Assembly: GCA_035484495.1 (NCBI GenBank)
Contig: DATHOW010000187.1
Span: 1 to 46,950 of the forward strand
Source: Bacteroidia bacterium
GTDB taxonomy: Bacteria > Bacteroidota > Bacteroidia > B-17B0 > Aurantibacillaceae
DNA: 46,950 bases
Direction of reading: 5' to 3'
In this document: positions 18,642-26,792 of the stretch, piece by piece
Numbering within the stretch: position 1 is the first letter of the stretch
Layout: each line of letters begins with the position of its first letter
Notes under the pieces: model-generated
Databases searched by the model: none
What the model saw: the letters and a program-made list of their open reading frames with translations, nothing else
What the model was told of the DNA's origin: nothing
Position numbers and translations under genes: made by a program

Positions 18642-19660
18642 AACGTTACTTCAATAAATTTTTTCTCGGCATATGATTTTTCCATCATATACAAAAGCTT
18701 CAACACTTTATGATCTTCTTCAAGTGTGTTTACGTAAGAAGATGGTTTTCCAATTCCTTTAAAAAACGCATTCATCTCATCAATATACATTTGCTCGGTA
18801 ATGTTTTTATTATACCCTCCTGCAGCCGCAAGTGTTTCGTAAGTAAAGATTTCCCACTCTTGTTTGTCGTGATGAAAAACTTTTACACAATTAGCGTTCC
18901 AGTCCCACTCTAATTGACGTAAAGAACCATTAATTAGTAACCGACGCGTTGCATGGCGTGTAACCACATCAACCGTAAGCATCATAGTAAAGCTTCCGTA
19001 ATCTAAAATGCTATTGTATGTATCATCAATAACGGGTGCACCTTCTATCTCAATTGTTTTTTTAACCGTAGATGCAACTTGTTTTGGGAAACCAAAAAGC
19101 TTTGTCATCCACGTTAACTCAAACGGAACAATTTCTCTGGCACCACCTGTCTCTTTTTTTGACACGTAAAACTCACTCACCTTTTCGTAAGTGTGCCAAT
19201 CAGGTAAATAATTACCCATGTGGTACATTACGTTACTAAGGGTGCCTAAGTAATTGCTTTTTACCAGTTCAATTATTTTTTGAATAGCAGGGTGAAAATA
19301 CATGGTAGAAGATGGTGCAGCAAAAACATTTTTTTGTTTTGCGGCCGCAATAATTTCTTTCATATCGGTATCAACCACACTGGCTTCTACAAAAAAAGGA
19401 ATGCCCAGTTCAATGGCCTTTTTCATATAGATATGATGAATGTCGGGTGGAAGAGAAATTATAAAAGCTTTTGCATTCGATTGTTTTAGTGCTTCTTCAA
19501 AATCAGTAAAACAAGTAATTTTATATAAATCGGATGCTTCTTTAGTTCTATCGGCACGTTTATCAAAACCAAACACAGATGTAAAACCTAATGCTTGTAA
19601 GTTGCGTATGCGACGTTTGCCCATAGAACCCAAGCCAATAACTAAAACAGGAATGCTCAT
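18638..19660 (-). CDS. Gfo/Idh/MocA family oxidoreductase
   Basis: GLGSMGKRR Rossmann motif, PPDIH, YLPDWH. Confidence 0.87.
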   Translation of the reverse strand: MSIPVLVIGLGSMGKRRIRNLQALGFTSVFGFDKRADRTKEASDLYKITCFTDFEEALKQSNAKAFIISLPPDIHHIYMKKAIELGIPFFVEASVVDTDMKEIIAAAKQKNVFAAPSSTMYFHPAIQKIIELVKSNYLGTLSNVMYHMGNYLPDWHTYEKVSEFYVSKKETGGAREIVPFELTWMTKLFGFPKQVASTVKKTIEIEGAPVIDDTYNSILDYGSFTMMLTVDVVTRHATRRLLINGSLRQLEWDWNANCVKVFHHDKQEWEIFTYETLAAAGGYNKNITEQMYIDEMNAFFKGIGKPSSYVNTLEEDHKVLKLLYMMEKSYAEKKFIEVTL

Positions 19661-19663
19661 GCT

Positions 19664-21127
19664 TTATGCTGAAATATTTTGTGTTTGAAAAATAGAATGT
19701 AATGCATGCGAAATATTATCTAACTCGGCTTGTGTGATGTTTACAGATGACGGGAAATTAATGCCCTGTTTTGAAACATGATTAGAGTTTTCGAATGTGC
19801 TTTTTGTTGGATAGTTTTTGTATGGAGGCATTTGATGTAAAGGATAAAAAGCCGGGCGGGTTTCCACCCCATTCTTCAACATTTTTTCCATTAACATGTC
19901 TCGTGATATGTTTGCGTTTTCTTTTAGTATAGCTGTATATAACCAGTAACCATTTACGGCCCATGACTCTTGCGGAGGTAAAATAAAATTTCCGGTCTCT
20001 GCTAACACTTTATTATAAAACGCCGCTAATTTTCTTTTCTCCTCAACAAACTCATCAATGCGTTCTAGCTGTGCGCAACCTATAGCGGCTTGCATATTAG
20101 TCATACGATAATTAAAACCTACATAATCATGCCAGTATTTTTTTTCTTTACTCATACCGTGGTCACGAAGTATAATGGCTTTTTCGTACACTTTTTTATC
20201 TTTAAAAAACACCATCCCCCCTTCGCCAGTAGTAATTGTTTTGTTTCCAAAAAAACTAAACGTAGCTGCATCGCCAAAACCACCAACGTGTTTGCCTTTA
20301 TATTTTCCACCAATTGCCTCAGCAGCATCTTCAATCACCAATAAATTATGTTTTTTAGCAAGGGCTAAAATTTCGTCTATGTGTGATGGGTGCCCGTATA
20401 AATGCACAGGCATTATGGCTTTAGTGCGAGGTGTAATGTTTTTTTCAATATCAGCAACCGAGATGGTCCAAGTTGTTTTATCTATATCAACAATTACAGG
20501 TGTAGCACCTGTATAAATTATAGCGTTGATAGATGCTGCAAAAGTTAAGTCGGGTACAATTACCTCATCGCCCGCTTTAATATCAAGGGCAGCTAAAGCT
20601 AAGTGTAAAGCAACCGTACCGTTACTTACCGCAACGGGATATTCAGCTTCACAATACTCTGCAAACTCTTTTTCAAAACGTTTTACATAAGCCCCCTGTG
20701 ATGAAATCCACCCCGTTTTTATGCAATCAGAAAGATAAGCTAATTCATTTCCATTAAGCAAAGGCTGCATAATGGGTGTGCGATGTGTGCGCGAAAAACT
20801 AGCATAATCAACAAGCACATTGTTTTCATCTACTAACGGTATATGGCGTATACTATTTGATAAAGAATTTTGTACAACATCTTGAGGGGTTGTAACAGGA
20901 AAGGAAGTAAATTTAGTTTGCATTGCTTTCTCAACCAACGTATCAAGTGCAGCATTATTTAATATGCTTCGGCGAATGTCCCCATCAGTAAGTAAACCAA
21001 CTAATTTGTTTTTTTCATCAACAATAAAACAAATGCCTTGCGCATTTTTATCAATAAGTGCCAGTGCATCTTTTAAAGATGCTTTATTTGTCAATAATAA
21101 ATCTTTTATATCTGTTGCAGTTTGCAT
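19664..21127 (-). CDS. CBS-domain plus DegT/DnrJ/EryC1/StrS (perosamine synthase-like) aminotransferase fusion
   Basis: N-terminal CBS pair (LVGLLTDGDIRR); then GWISSQG, SNGTVALHLAL, EDAAEA, SFFGNKTITTGEGG, GFNYRMTN. Confidence 0.88.
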   Translation of the reverse strand: MQTATDIKDLLLTNKASLKDALALIDKNAQGICFIVDEKNKLVGLLTDGDIRRSILNNAALDTLVEKAMQTKFTSFPVTTPQDVVQNSLSNSIRHIPLVDENNVLVDYASFSRTHRTPIMQPLLNGNELAYLSDCIKTGWISSQGAYVKRFEKEFAEYCEAEYPVAVSNGTVALHLALAALDIKAGDEVIVPDLTFAASINAIIYTGATPVIVDIDKTTWTISVADIEKNITPRTKAIMPVHLYGHPSHIDEILALAKKHNLLVIEDAAEAIGGKYKGKHVGGFGDAATFSFFGNKTITTGEGGMVFFKDKKVYEKAIILRDHGMSKEKKYWHDYVGFNYRMTNMQAAIGCAQLERIDEFVEEKRKLAAFYNKVLAETGNFILPPQESWAVNGYWLYTAILKENANISRDMLMEKMLKNGVETRPAFYPLHQMPPYKNYPTKSTFENSNHVSKQGINFPSSVNITQAELDNISHALHSIFQTQNISA

Positions 21128-21133
21128 GCGTGT

Positions 21134-23491
21134 TTACTTTTTAGAATAACCATATCCGTAACCATATCCGTAACCATATCCGTAGCCGTATTTAGCATAA
21201 TAGTATCCGGTGCTGCGTTGTTTAACGCCATTTAATATATAAGCAAAATTGCTTACTTTATTTGTTTCGGTAAGCTCATCAATAAAGTTTATAATCTGTT
21301 TGTTAGCAAACTTTGTGTTAAGCACAAATAAAGAAATGTCAGCATATTGCATTAAGTAAATAGAGTCACTTATTAACCCAGCGGGTGGAGTATCTACGAT
21401 TGTATAATCGTAGTTTGCTTTACCGTAAAAAAGAATATCTTTTAATTCATTAGATAAAATCATTTCAGATGGGTTTGGAGGAACCGGACCAGAAAGCAAC
21501 ACATCTAAGTTTTCTATTTTTGTTTTTCTAATACATTCAGCAATAGTGTTTTGTTTTACCACAATAGTACTTATACCTTTTTCTGCGGTCATTTCAAGCG
21601 CTTTTTGCACACGAGGTTTATGTAAATCAAGTTCTAGTAGTAAAACTTTTTTCCCCCCTTTTGCCAGCATAGTAGCTAAATTTATAGAACAAAATGTTTT
21701 TCCTTCGCCAGGCGCATTTGATGTAAATAAAATAATTTTTGGCCCAGGGGTAGTATTTAAATATTGCAAATTTGTTCTTAAGGTTCTAAAGCTTTCAGCT
21801 ATTTGAGATTTAGGTTCTTCATCAACAATTATCCCTGTTGGCATCATGTTTTTAACTTGAATTAAATCGCCTATAATTGGCATATCAGTTACTTCTTTAA
21901 GTTCAATAGTGTTTTGAATAGTAGTAAAAAAGAAAAAGCGAACAAGTATAATAATCAAACTTAATATAGCCCCAACAAATACATATTGCATCATGATTTG
22001 CTTTTTATCGGGATTTACTTTGCCTGAAGGACGTGGGCTTTCAATAACTTTTGTTTCGGGGATAATAGATGCCCGTGCAATGTATGTATTAGCTCTTTTT
22101 TGAAGAAGAAAATTATACAAACCCTCATTTACACTTAGGTTACGTTGTATCCCAAGTAAATCTCTTTGTTTTTGCGGTATGGTTTTAATGCTTGCTATAT
22201 ATGTACTTATTTCGTCATTAATATTGTCAATCACTTTTTTAACGGCGTTACGCGCATTATTTATGTAAACCAATAAGTCTTCTTTTGTTTTTTTTATGTT
22301 GTTTCTTAATTGTTTAACAGCATAATTAACATCCTTAGAAGAATTATGCATATCGTTTAACTGTGTTTGAAGCGTATAAAGTTGCCCCGCTGATTTAACC
22401 AAAAAGGCATCGCCATTATTAACAAACGCAGATGGCGGTAAAAACTGAGGGTCTTTATCTTCAATAATATATTTTTCTAAATCATTTAACCCTTCTATTT
22501 GCAAATTTAGCTGAGTGCGTTGATTATCATAGGCACTCAGTTTTGTAAAATAATCTTGCTCTTCATGACTTAGATCAAGTATACCTTTGTTTGATTTGTA
22601 ATTCTGCATGGTATCTTCAAAAAATTTAAGTACCGCAGATACTTCTGTCATTTGTTTATCGATATATTGAATGGTGCGCTCATTTAGATTAAAGCGGCTT
22701 TTAAGTGAGTTATCTATGTATAATCTAGAAAGCGTATCTAAAAACAATTTAGCTCTACCCACCAAATTATCTTGTACAGAAAGTTTCAAAATATTTGTAA
22801 AATCAGGGTTTTCAACCTTTAGCTTACTTTGAAAACCAAACACTAAAGATTCTAATGAGTGAATCTTTAACTCGTACTGTATGTTTTTGCGCTCGTTTAT
22901 TCCAACAGACGTCATCGCATCAGAAGAAACTAATAAATCATAATTAACCGTAATAAGCTCTTTTCCAAAAACACCCCGTTGTTTAATCTCTTTGTCGCCT
23001 TCTTTATATGAAATCTCGTATGTTTTATCGCTTAAAATTTTGAACGAAATAGGTTTCTCATAAAAACTTCCGTTAATTGTGTTTACTGAAACTGAAAAAG
23101 GCATTCCATCAAACTCTTCTTTAGTTCGAACCCTCCCTACAATGTAGTAAGAAACCTGTAAACGCGATTTTAATCTATCAACTACTTTTTCAATTAAATC
23201 GAACGAAGTTATTACGCGAGTTTCATTTGAGTTATCAATGTAAGAACCTGTGATGCCGCCATAATAATCGTTTTCGCTAACAAGACTTCCTTTCGCATAC
23301 TGGTCGTTGTTTTTTAATAAAAGCTGTGTACTTACTTGGTAGGTTTCAAACTGCCTATACGCAATAAAATAACCGACTAAATAAAAAACAGGAACAAGTA
23401 TAATGGGCACATACCAGTTTTGTATAATGGTGCGCCAAATAACCTTAACATCATCAAACTTTAAAACGGATGTAGATTGCTTTTTTGCCAA
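21134..23491 (-). CDS. wzc: Wzc-type polysaccharide co-polymerase / tyrosine autokinase
   Basis: Two transmembrane segments flanking a coiled-coil; AESFRTLRTNL, PGEGKT, DLHKP, VDTPP; C-terminal Tyr cluster; TTG start. Confidence 0.93.
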   Translation of the reverse strand: MAKKQSTSVLKFDDVKVIWRTIIQNWYVPIILVPVFYLVGYFIAYRQFETYQVSTQLLLKNNDQYAKGSLVSENDYYGGITGSYIDNSNETRVITSFDLIEKVVDRLKSRLQVSYYIVGRVRTKEEFDGMPFSVSVNTINGSFYEKPISFKILSDKTYEISYKEGDKEIKQRGVFGKELITVNYDLLVSSDAMTSVGINERKNIQYELKIHSLESLVFGFQSKLKVENPDFTNILKLSVQDNLVGRAKLFLDTLSRLYIDNSLKSRFNLNERTIQYIDKQMTEVSAVLKFFEDTMQNYKSNKGILDLSHEEQDYFTKLSAYDNQRTQLNLQIEGLNDLEKYIIEDKDPQFLPPSAFVNNGDAFLVKSAGQLYTLQTQLNDMHNSSKDVNYAVKQLRNNIKKTKEDLLVYINNARNAVKKVIDNINDEISTYIASIKTIPQKQRDLLGIQRNLSVNEGLYNFLLQKRANTYIARASIIPETKVIESPRPSGKVNPDKKQIMMQYVFVGAILSLIIILVRFFFFTTIQNTIELKEVTDMPIIGDLIQVKNMMPTGIIVDEEPKSQIAESFRTLRTNLQYLNTTPGPKIILFTSNAPGEGKTFCSINLATMLAKGGKKVLLLELDLHKPRVQKALEMTAEKGISTIVVKQNTIAECIRKTKIENLDVLLSGPVPPNPSEMILSNELKDILFYGKANYDYTIVDTPPAGLISDSIYLMQYADISLFVLNTKFANKQIINFIDELTETNKVSNFAYILNGVKQRSTGYYYAKYGYGYGYGYGYGYGYSKK
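21147..21182. repeat. Three perfect tandem copies of 12-bp TAACCATATCCG encoding the Wzc (GY)n tail
   Basis: Read directly at 21147-21158, 21159-21170 and 21171-21182. Confidence 0.9.
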
Positions 23492-23499
23492 TGGTATAG

Positions 23500-23579
23500 C
23501 TTTTAAGGGCGAAATTACATTTTAATTTGCAATAGTATATATGTGATATTGTTTTAATTTGTACCTTAGCCCTTTAAAG
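23500..23579. promoter_or_regulatory. Candidate divergent promoter pair for the wzc operon and the PID-CTERM gene
   Basis: Minus strand TAATTTCG-CCCTTAAAAG (23517-23500) mirrors plus strand TACCTTAG-CCCTTTAAAG (23562-23579); direct repeat TTTTAATTTG at 23520 and 23552. Confidence 0.5.
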
Positions 23580-23601
23580 AGTATTTTAATAATTAAAGAA
23601 A

Positions 23602-23823
23602 ATGAAAACATCAGTAAAAAGTATTTTTACCATTGTACTTATTCTTATTGCAAACGTAATGCTTTCTGCTCCTGCTTCCCCTCCAGGCGGCGGCGGCCAT
23701 CCTGCTTGTTGGCCTTATTGTGTGCCTATTGATAAAGGGCTTGTTTTTTTAATTATTGCTGCCGGATTATACGGCGGCAAAAAATTATACGATTACCAAA
23801 AAGAACTTAAGGCTAAAGCCTAA
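23602..23823 (+). CDS. Small secreted protein with PID-CTERM-like sorting signal
   Basis: Signal peptide, short Pro/Gly core with CWPYC, then VPIDKG, hydrophobic LVFLIIAAGLYGG and basic KK tail. Confidence 0.82.
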   Translation: MKTSVKSIFTIVLILIANVMLSAPASPPGGGGHPACWPYCVPIDKGLVFLIIAAGLYGGKKLYDYQKELKAKA

Positions 23824-23905
23824 ACCCCCTCTTTTTTATTAAAAAACATAGGTTTATCAACTGAGCCTTGTTTTTGCTATCTTCGCCTCTCTAAAATTTT
23901 TTCAA

Positions 23906-26176
23906 ATGAATAATTTTCGTAAGCAAGATGCGCTTGATTATCACTCACAAGGTCGCCCGGGTAAAATAGAAGTAGTTCCTACAAAACCATACTCAACCCA
24001 GCAAGATTTAACACTAGCTTACTCTCCTGGCGTTGCCGAGCCCTGTTTAGAAATAGAAAAAAATCCGGAAGACGCATATAAATATACTGCTAAAGGAAAT
24101 TTGGTGGCCGTTATTTCTAACGGAACAGCTGTACTTGGCTTAGGTGATATAGGTGCTTTAGCTTCTAAACCCGTAATGGAAGGCAAGGGCTTGCTCTTCA
24201 AAATTTTTGCTGATATTGATGTATTTGATATTGAGGTTGACACCACAAACATTGATGATTTTGTAAACACCGTGAAAAACATTGCCTGCACCTTCGGCGG
24301 AATAAACTTAGAAGATATTAAATCTCCGGAATGTTTTGAAATAGAACGCCGCTTAAAAGCTGAATTAAATATCCCTTTAATGCACGATGATCAGCATGGT
24401 ACAGCCATTATTTCATCAGCCGGATTAATTAATGCCGTTGAGGTTTCGGGTAAAAAATTATCCGAGGTAAAATTGGTTATTAATGGTGCTGGGGCATCGG
24501 CCATATCGTGCGCTAAGCTATATATATCAGTAGGGGTAAAAAAAGAAAACATTTTAATGTACGATAGCAAGGGTGCTTTAACGGTAGACCGCACCGACCT
24601 TGACGAGCATAAAACTTTTTTTGCATCAACTCGTAAGGGAGTTGATAAATTAGTAGATGGAATGAAGGGTGCTGATGTTTTTGTGGGCCTATCTAAAGGC
24701 AATATTTTAAATAAAGAAATGGTGCAAAGCATGGCGCCAAATTGTATTGTATTTGCACTTGCTAACCCAACACCCGAAATTTCATATGATGATGCCATTG
24801 CTGCAAGGCCTGATATCATTGTAGCTACAGGCCGCAGCGATAACCCTAATCAGGTTAATAATGTTTTGGGTTTTCCGTTTATATTTCGTGGTGCACTAGA
24901 TGTACGTGCTAACACCATTAATGAAGAAATGAAACTGGCAGCAGTTAAAGCTATTGCAGATTTAGCAAAAGAACCCGTGCCCGATTATGTAAATCTAGCC
25001 TACGGCTCTAAAAACCTCAGCTTTGGTACCGATTATATTATTCCAAAACCCATTGATAACCGATTAATTTCAACTGTATCTCCTGCCGTGGCAAAAGCTG
25101 CTATGGATTCTGGTGTTGCTGCCCATAAAATAACAGATTGGGAGGCTTATAAACTAGAACTTGACAATCGTTTGGGAAAAGACAATCGCTTAATGCGTTC
25201 GTTAGTTAATAAAGCCAAAACAAACCCAAAGCGTGTTGTTTTTACCGAAGCAGATAATTATAAAATTTTAAAAGCCGCACAAATGGTGCGCGATGAAGGC
25301 ATTGCCAAACCTATTCTTTTAGGAAATAAAGAAAAAATTACAAAGCTTATCGAAGAGTACAATTTGGATATGAATGAAATTCCAATTTTAGACCCAACAG
25401 AAGCCGACCAAGAAGCCATGCGTGCCGGATTTGCAGACACACTTTGGAAAAAACGTCACCGCAAAGGTTTAAATTTATACGATTGTGGTCGCTTAATGCG
25501 CGACCGTAACTATTTTGGTGCCATGATGGTTGATAGTGGTGCGGCCGATGCTATGATATCGGGCTTAACTCGTAAATATAGTTTACCTGTGCTTGCTGCT
25601 ATAGAATGTATTGGTGTTGCCGATGGAAACTCGCGTGTAGCAGGATTATATATGATGATTACTAAAAGGGGGCCGTTCTTTTTTGCTGATTGTACTATGA
25701 ATGTTGACCCAACAGCTGAAGAATTAGTAGAAATAACAACCCTTACAGCTAATGCCGTAAAACAATTCAATATTGTTCCACGTATTGCTATGCTTTCATA
25801 CACAAATTTTGGCTCGGCCAATGGCGAAGTGCCTAAAAAAATGCAAAAGGCCGTAAAAATATTACATGAAAAGTTTCCTGGACTGATTGTAGATGGCGAT
25901 GTACAAGCCAATTTTGCTGTGAATAACCGCCTTTTAAAAGAGCAATTCTCTTTTTCTGATTTGGTAGATAAGGATGTAAACACCCTTATTTTCCCTAACC
26001 TTGCGTCAGCAAACATTGCTTATAAAATAATGCAGGAATTAGGTGGTGCCGAGGCTATTGGCCCTATTTTAATGGGCTTGAAAAAACCGGCACACGTACT
26101 TCAATTAGGGAGTTCTGTGCGCGAAATTGTAAACATGGTAACCATTGCCGTAATAGACGCGCAAAACAAAAAATAA
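23906..26176 (+). CDS. maeB: NADP-dependent malic enzyme with phosphotransacetylase-like domain
   Basis: LAYSPGVAEPC, GTAVLGLGDIG, HDDQHGTAII, TGRSD.PNQVNNVLGFP, C-terminal PTA-like domain. Confidence 0.96.
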   Translation: MNNFRKQDALDYHSQGRPGKIEVVPTKPYSTQQDLTLAYSPGVAEPCLEIEKNPEDAYKYTAKGNLVAVISNGTAVLGLGDIGALASKPVMEGKGLLFKIFADIDVFDIEVDTTNIDDFVNTVKNIACTFGGINLEDIKSPECFEIERRLKAELNIPLMHDDQHGTAIISSAGLINAVEVSGKKLSEVKLVINGAGASAISCAKLYISVGVKKENILMYDSKGALTVDRTDLDEHKTFFASTRKGVDKLVDGMKGADVFVGLSKGNILNKEMVQSMAPNCIVFALANPTPEISYDDAIAARPDIIVATGRSDNPNQVNNVLGFPFIFRGALDVRANTINEEMKLAAVKAIADLAKEPVPDYVNLAYGSKNLSFGTDYIIPKPIDNRLISTVSPAVAKAAMDSGVAAHKITDWEAYKLELDNRLGKDNRLMRSLVNKAKTNPKRVVFTEADNYKILKAAQMVRDEGIAKPILLGNKEKITKLIEEYNLDMNEIPILDPTEADQEAMRAGFADTLWKKRHRKGLNLYDCGRLMRDRNYFGAMMVDSGAADAMISGLTRKYSLPVLAAIECIGVADGNSRVAGLYMMITKRGPFFFADCTMNVDPTAEELVEITTLTANAVKQFNIVPRIAMLSYTNFGSANGEVPKKMQKAVKILHEKFPGLIVDGDVQANFAVNNRLLKEQFSFSDLVDKDVNTLIFPNLASANIAYKIMQELGGAEAIGPILMGLKKPAHVLQLGSSVREIVNMVTIAVIDAQNKK

Positions 26177-26195
26177 AAATTCCCGTTATCTGTTT

Positions 26196-26789
26196 ATGAT
26201 AGATTTTATTAAAGGAAAAATTGCGGAAAAAACCCCAGCGTTTGTGGTGCTTGAGACAGGGAATATAGGTTACGCGTTAAATATTTCGCTTAACACTTAT
26301 ACAAAACTAGCTGATGCTACCGAGTGTAAATTATATGTGGAGCAGGTTTATGTAAGAGACGACAATCCTAAGCATTACGGCTTTTTTGATATGGATGAGC
26401 GTGACATTTTTAGAAAAGTAATTTCAGTGTCGGGTGTAGGTGGAAGTAGCGCTATGCTTATGTTATCATCCCTATCTGCCGCAGAAATAGCAGGGGCTGT
26501 TAACACAGCTAATGTTACGCTATTAAAAAGTATAAAAGGCATTGGCGAAAAAACGGCGCAGCGTATAGTGGTTGACCTAAAAGGTAAATTAGGCAAACAT
26601 GAGGGCGGAATTTCACAAATTTTAACTACTTCGTACAATAAAAACAGGGACGAGGCGTTACTCGCTCTTGTCGCATTAGGTTTTGCCAAAAATATGGCCG
26701 AAAAAGCCATAGAGAAAGCCATAAAGCAACAAGGTGTATCAACTGATACGATAGAAATATTAATTAAAGCTGCATTGAAGAATTTGTAA
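26196..26789 (+). CDS. ruvA: Holliday junction branch migration protein RuvA
   Basis: ISVSGVG, IKGIGEKTAQRIVVDLKGK, EALLALVALGF. Confidence 0.96.
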   Translation: MIDFIKGKIAEKTPAFVVLETGNIGYALNISLNTYTKLADATECKLYVEQVYVRDDNPKHYGFFDMDERDIFRKVISVSGVGGSSAMLMLSSLSAAEIAGAVNTANVTLLKSIKGIGEKTAQRIVVDLKGKLGKHEGGISQILTTSYNKNRDEALLALVALGFAKNMAEKAIEKAIKQQGVSTDTIEILIKAALKNL

Positions 26790-26792
26790 CGA

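Noticed and set aside
21147-21182. Tandem repeat as a CRISPR array or frameshift phase-variation switch
   Set aside because: No spacers, and the 12-bp unit preserves the reading frame
22280-22300. A/T homopolymer runs of 7-8 nt in wzc and other genes as contingency loci
   Set aside because: Such runs are frequent throughout this AT-rich, Lys-rich sequence and all frames are intact
23824-23880. Intrinsic terminator after the PID-CTERM gene
   Set aside because: Only weak imperfect pairing is visible, not enough to support a call
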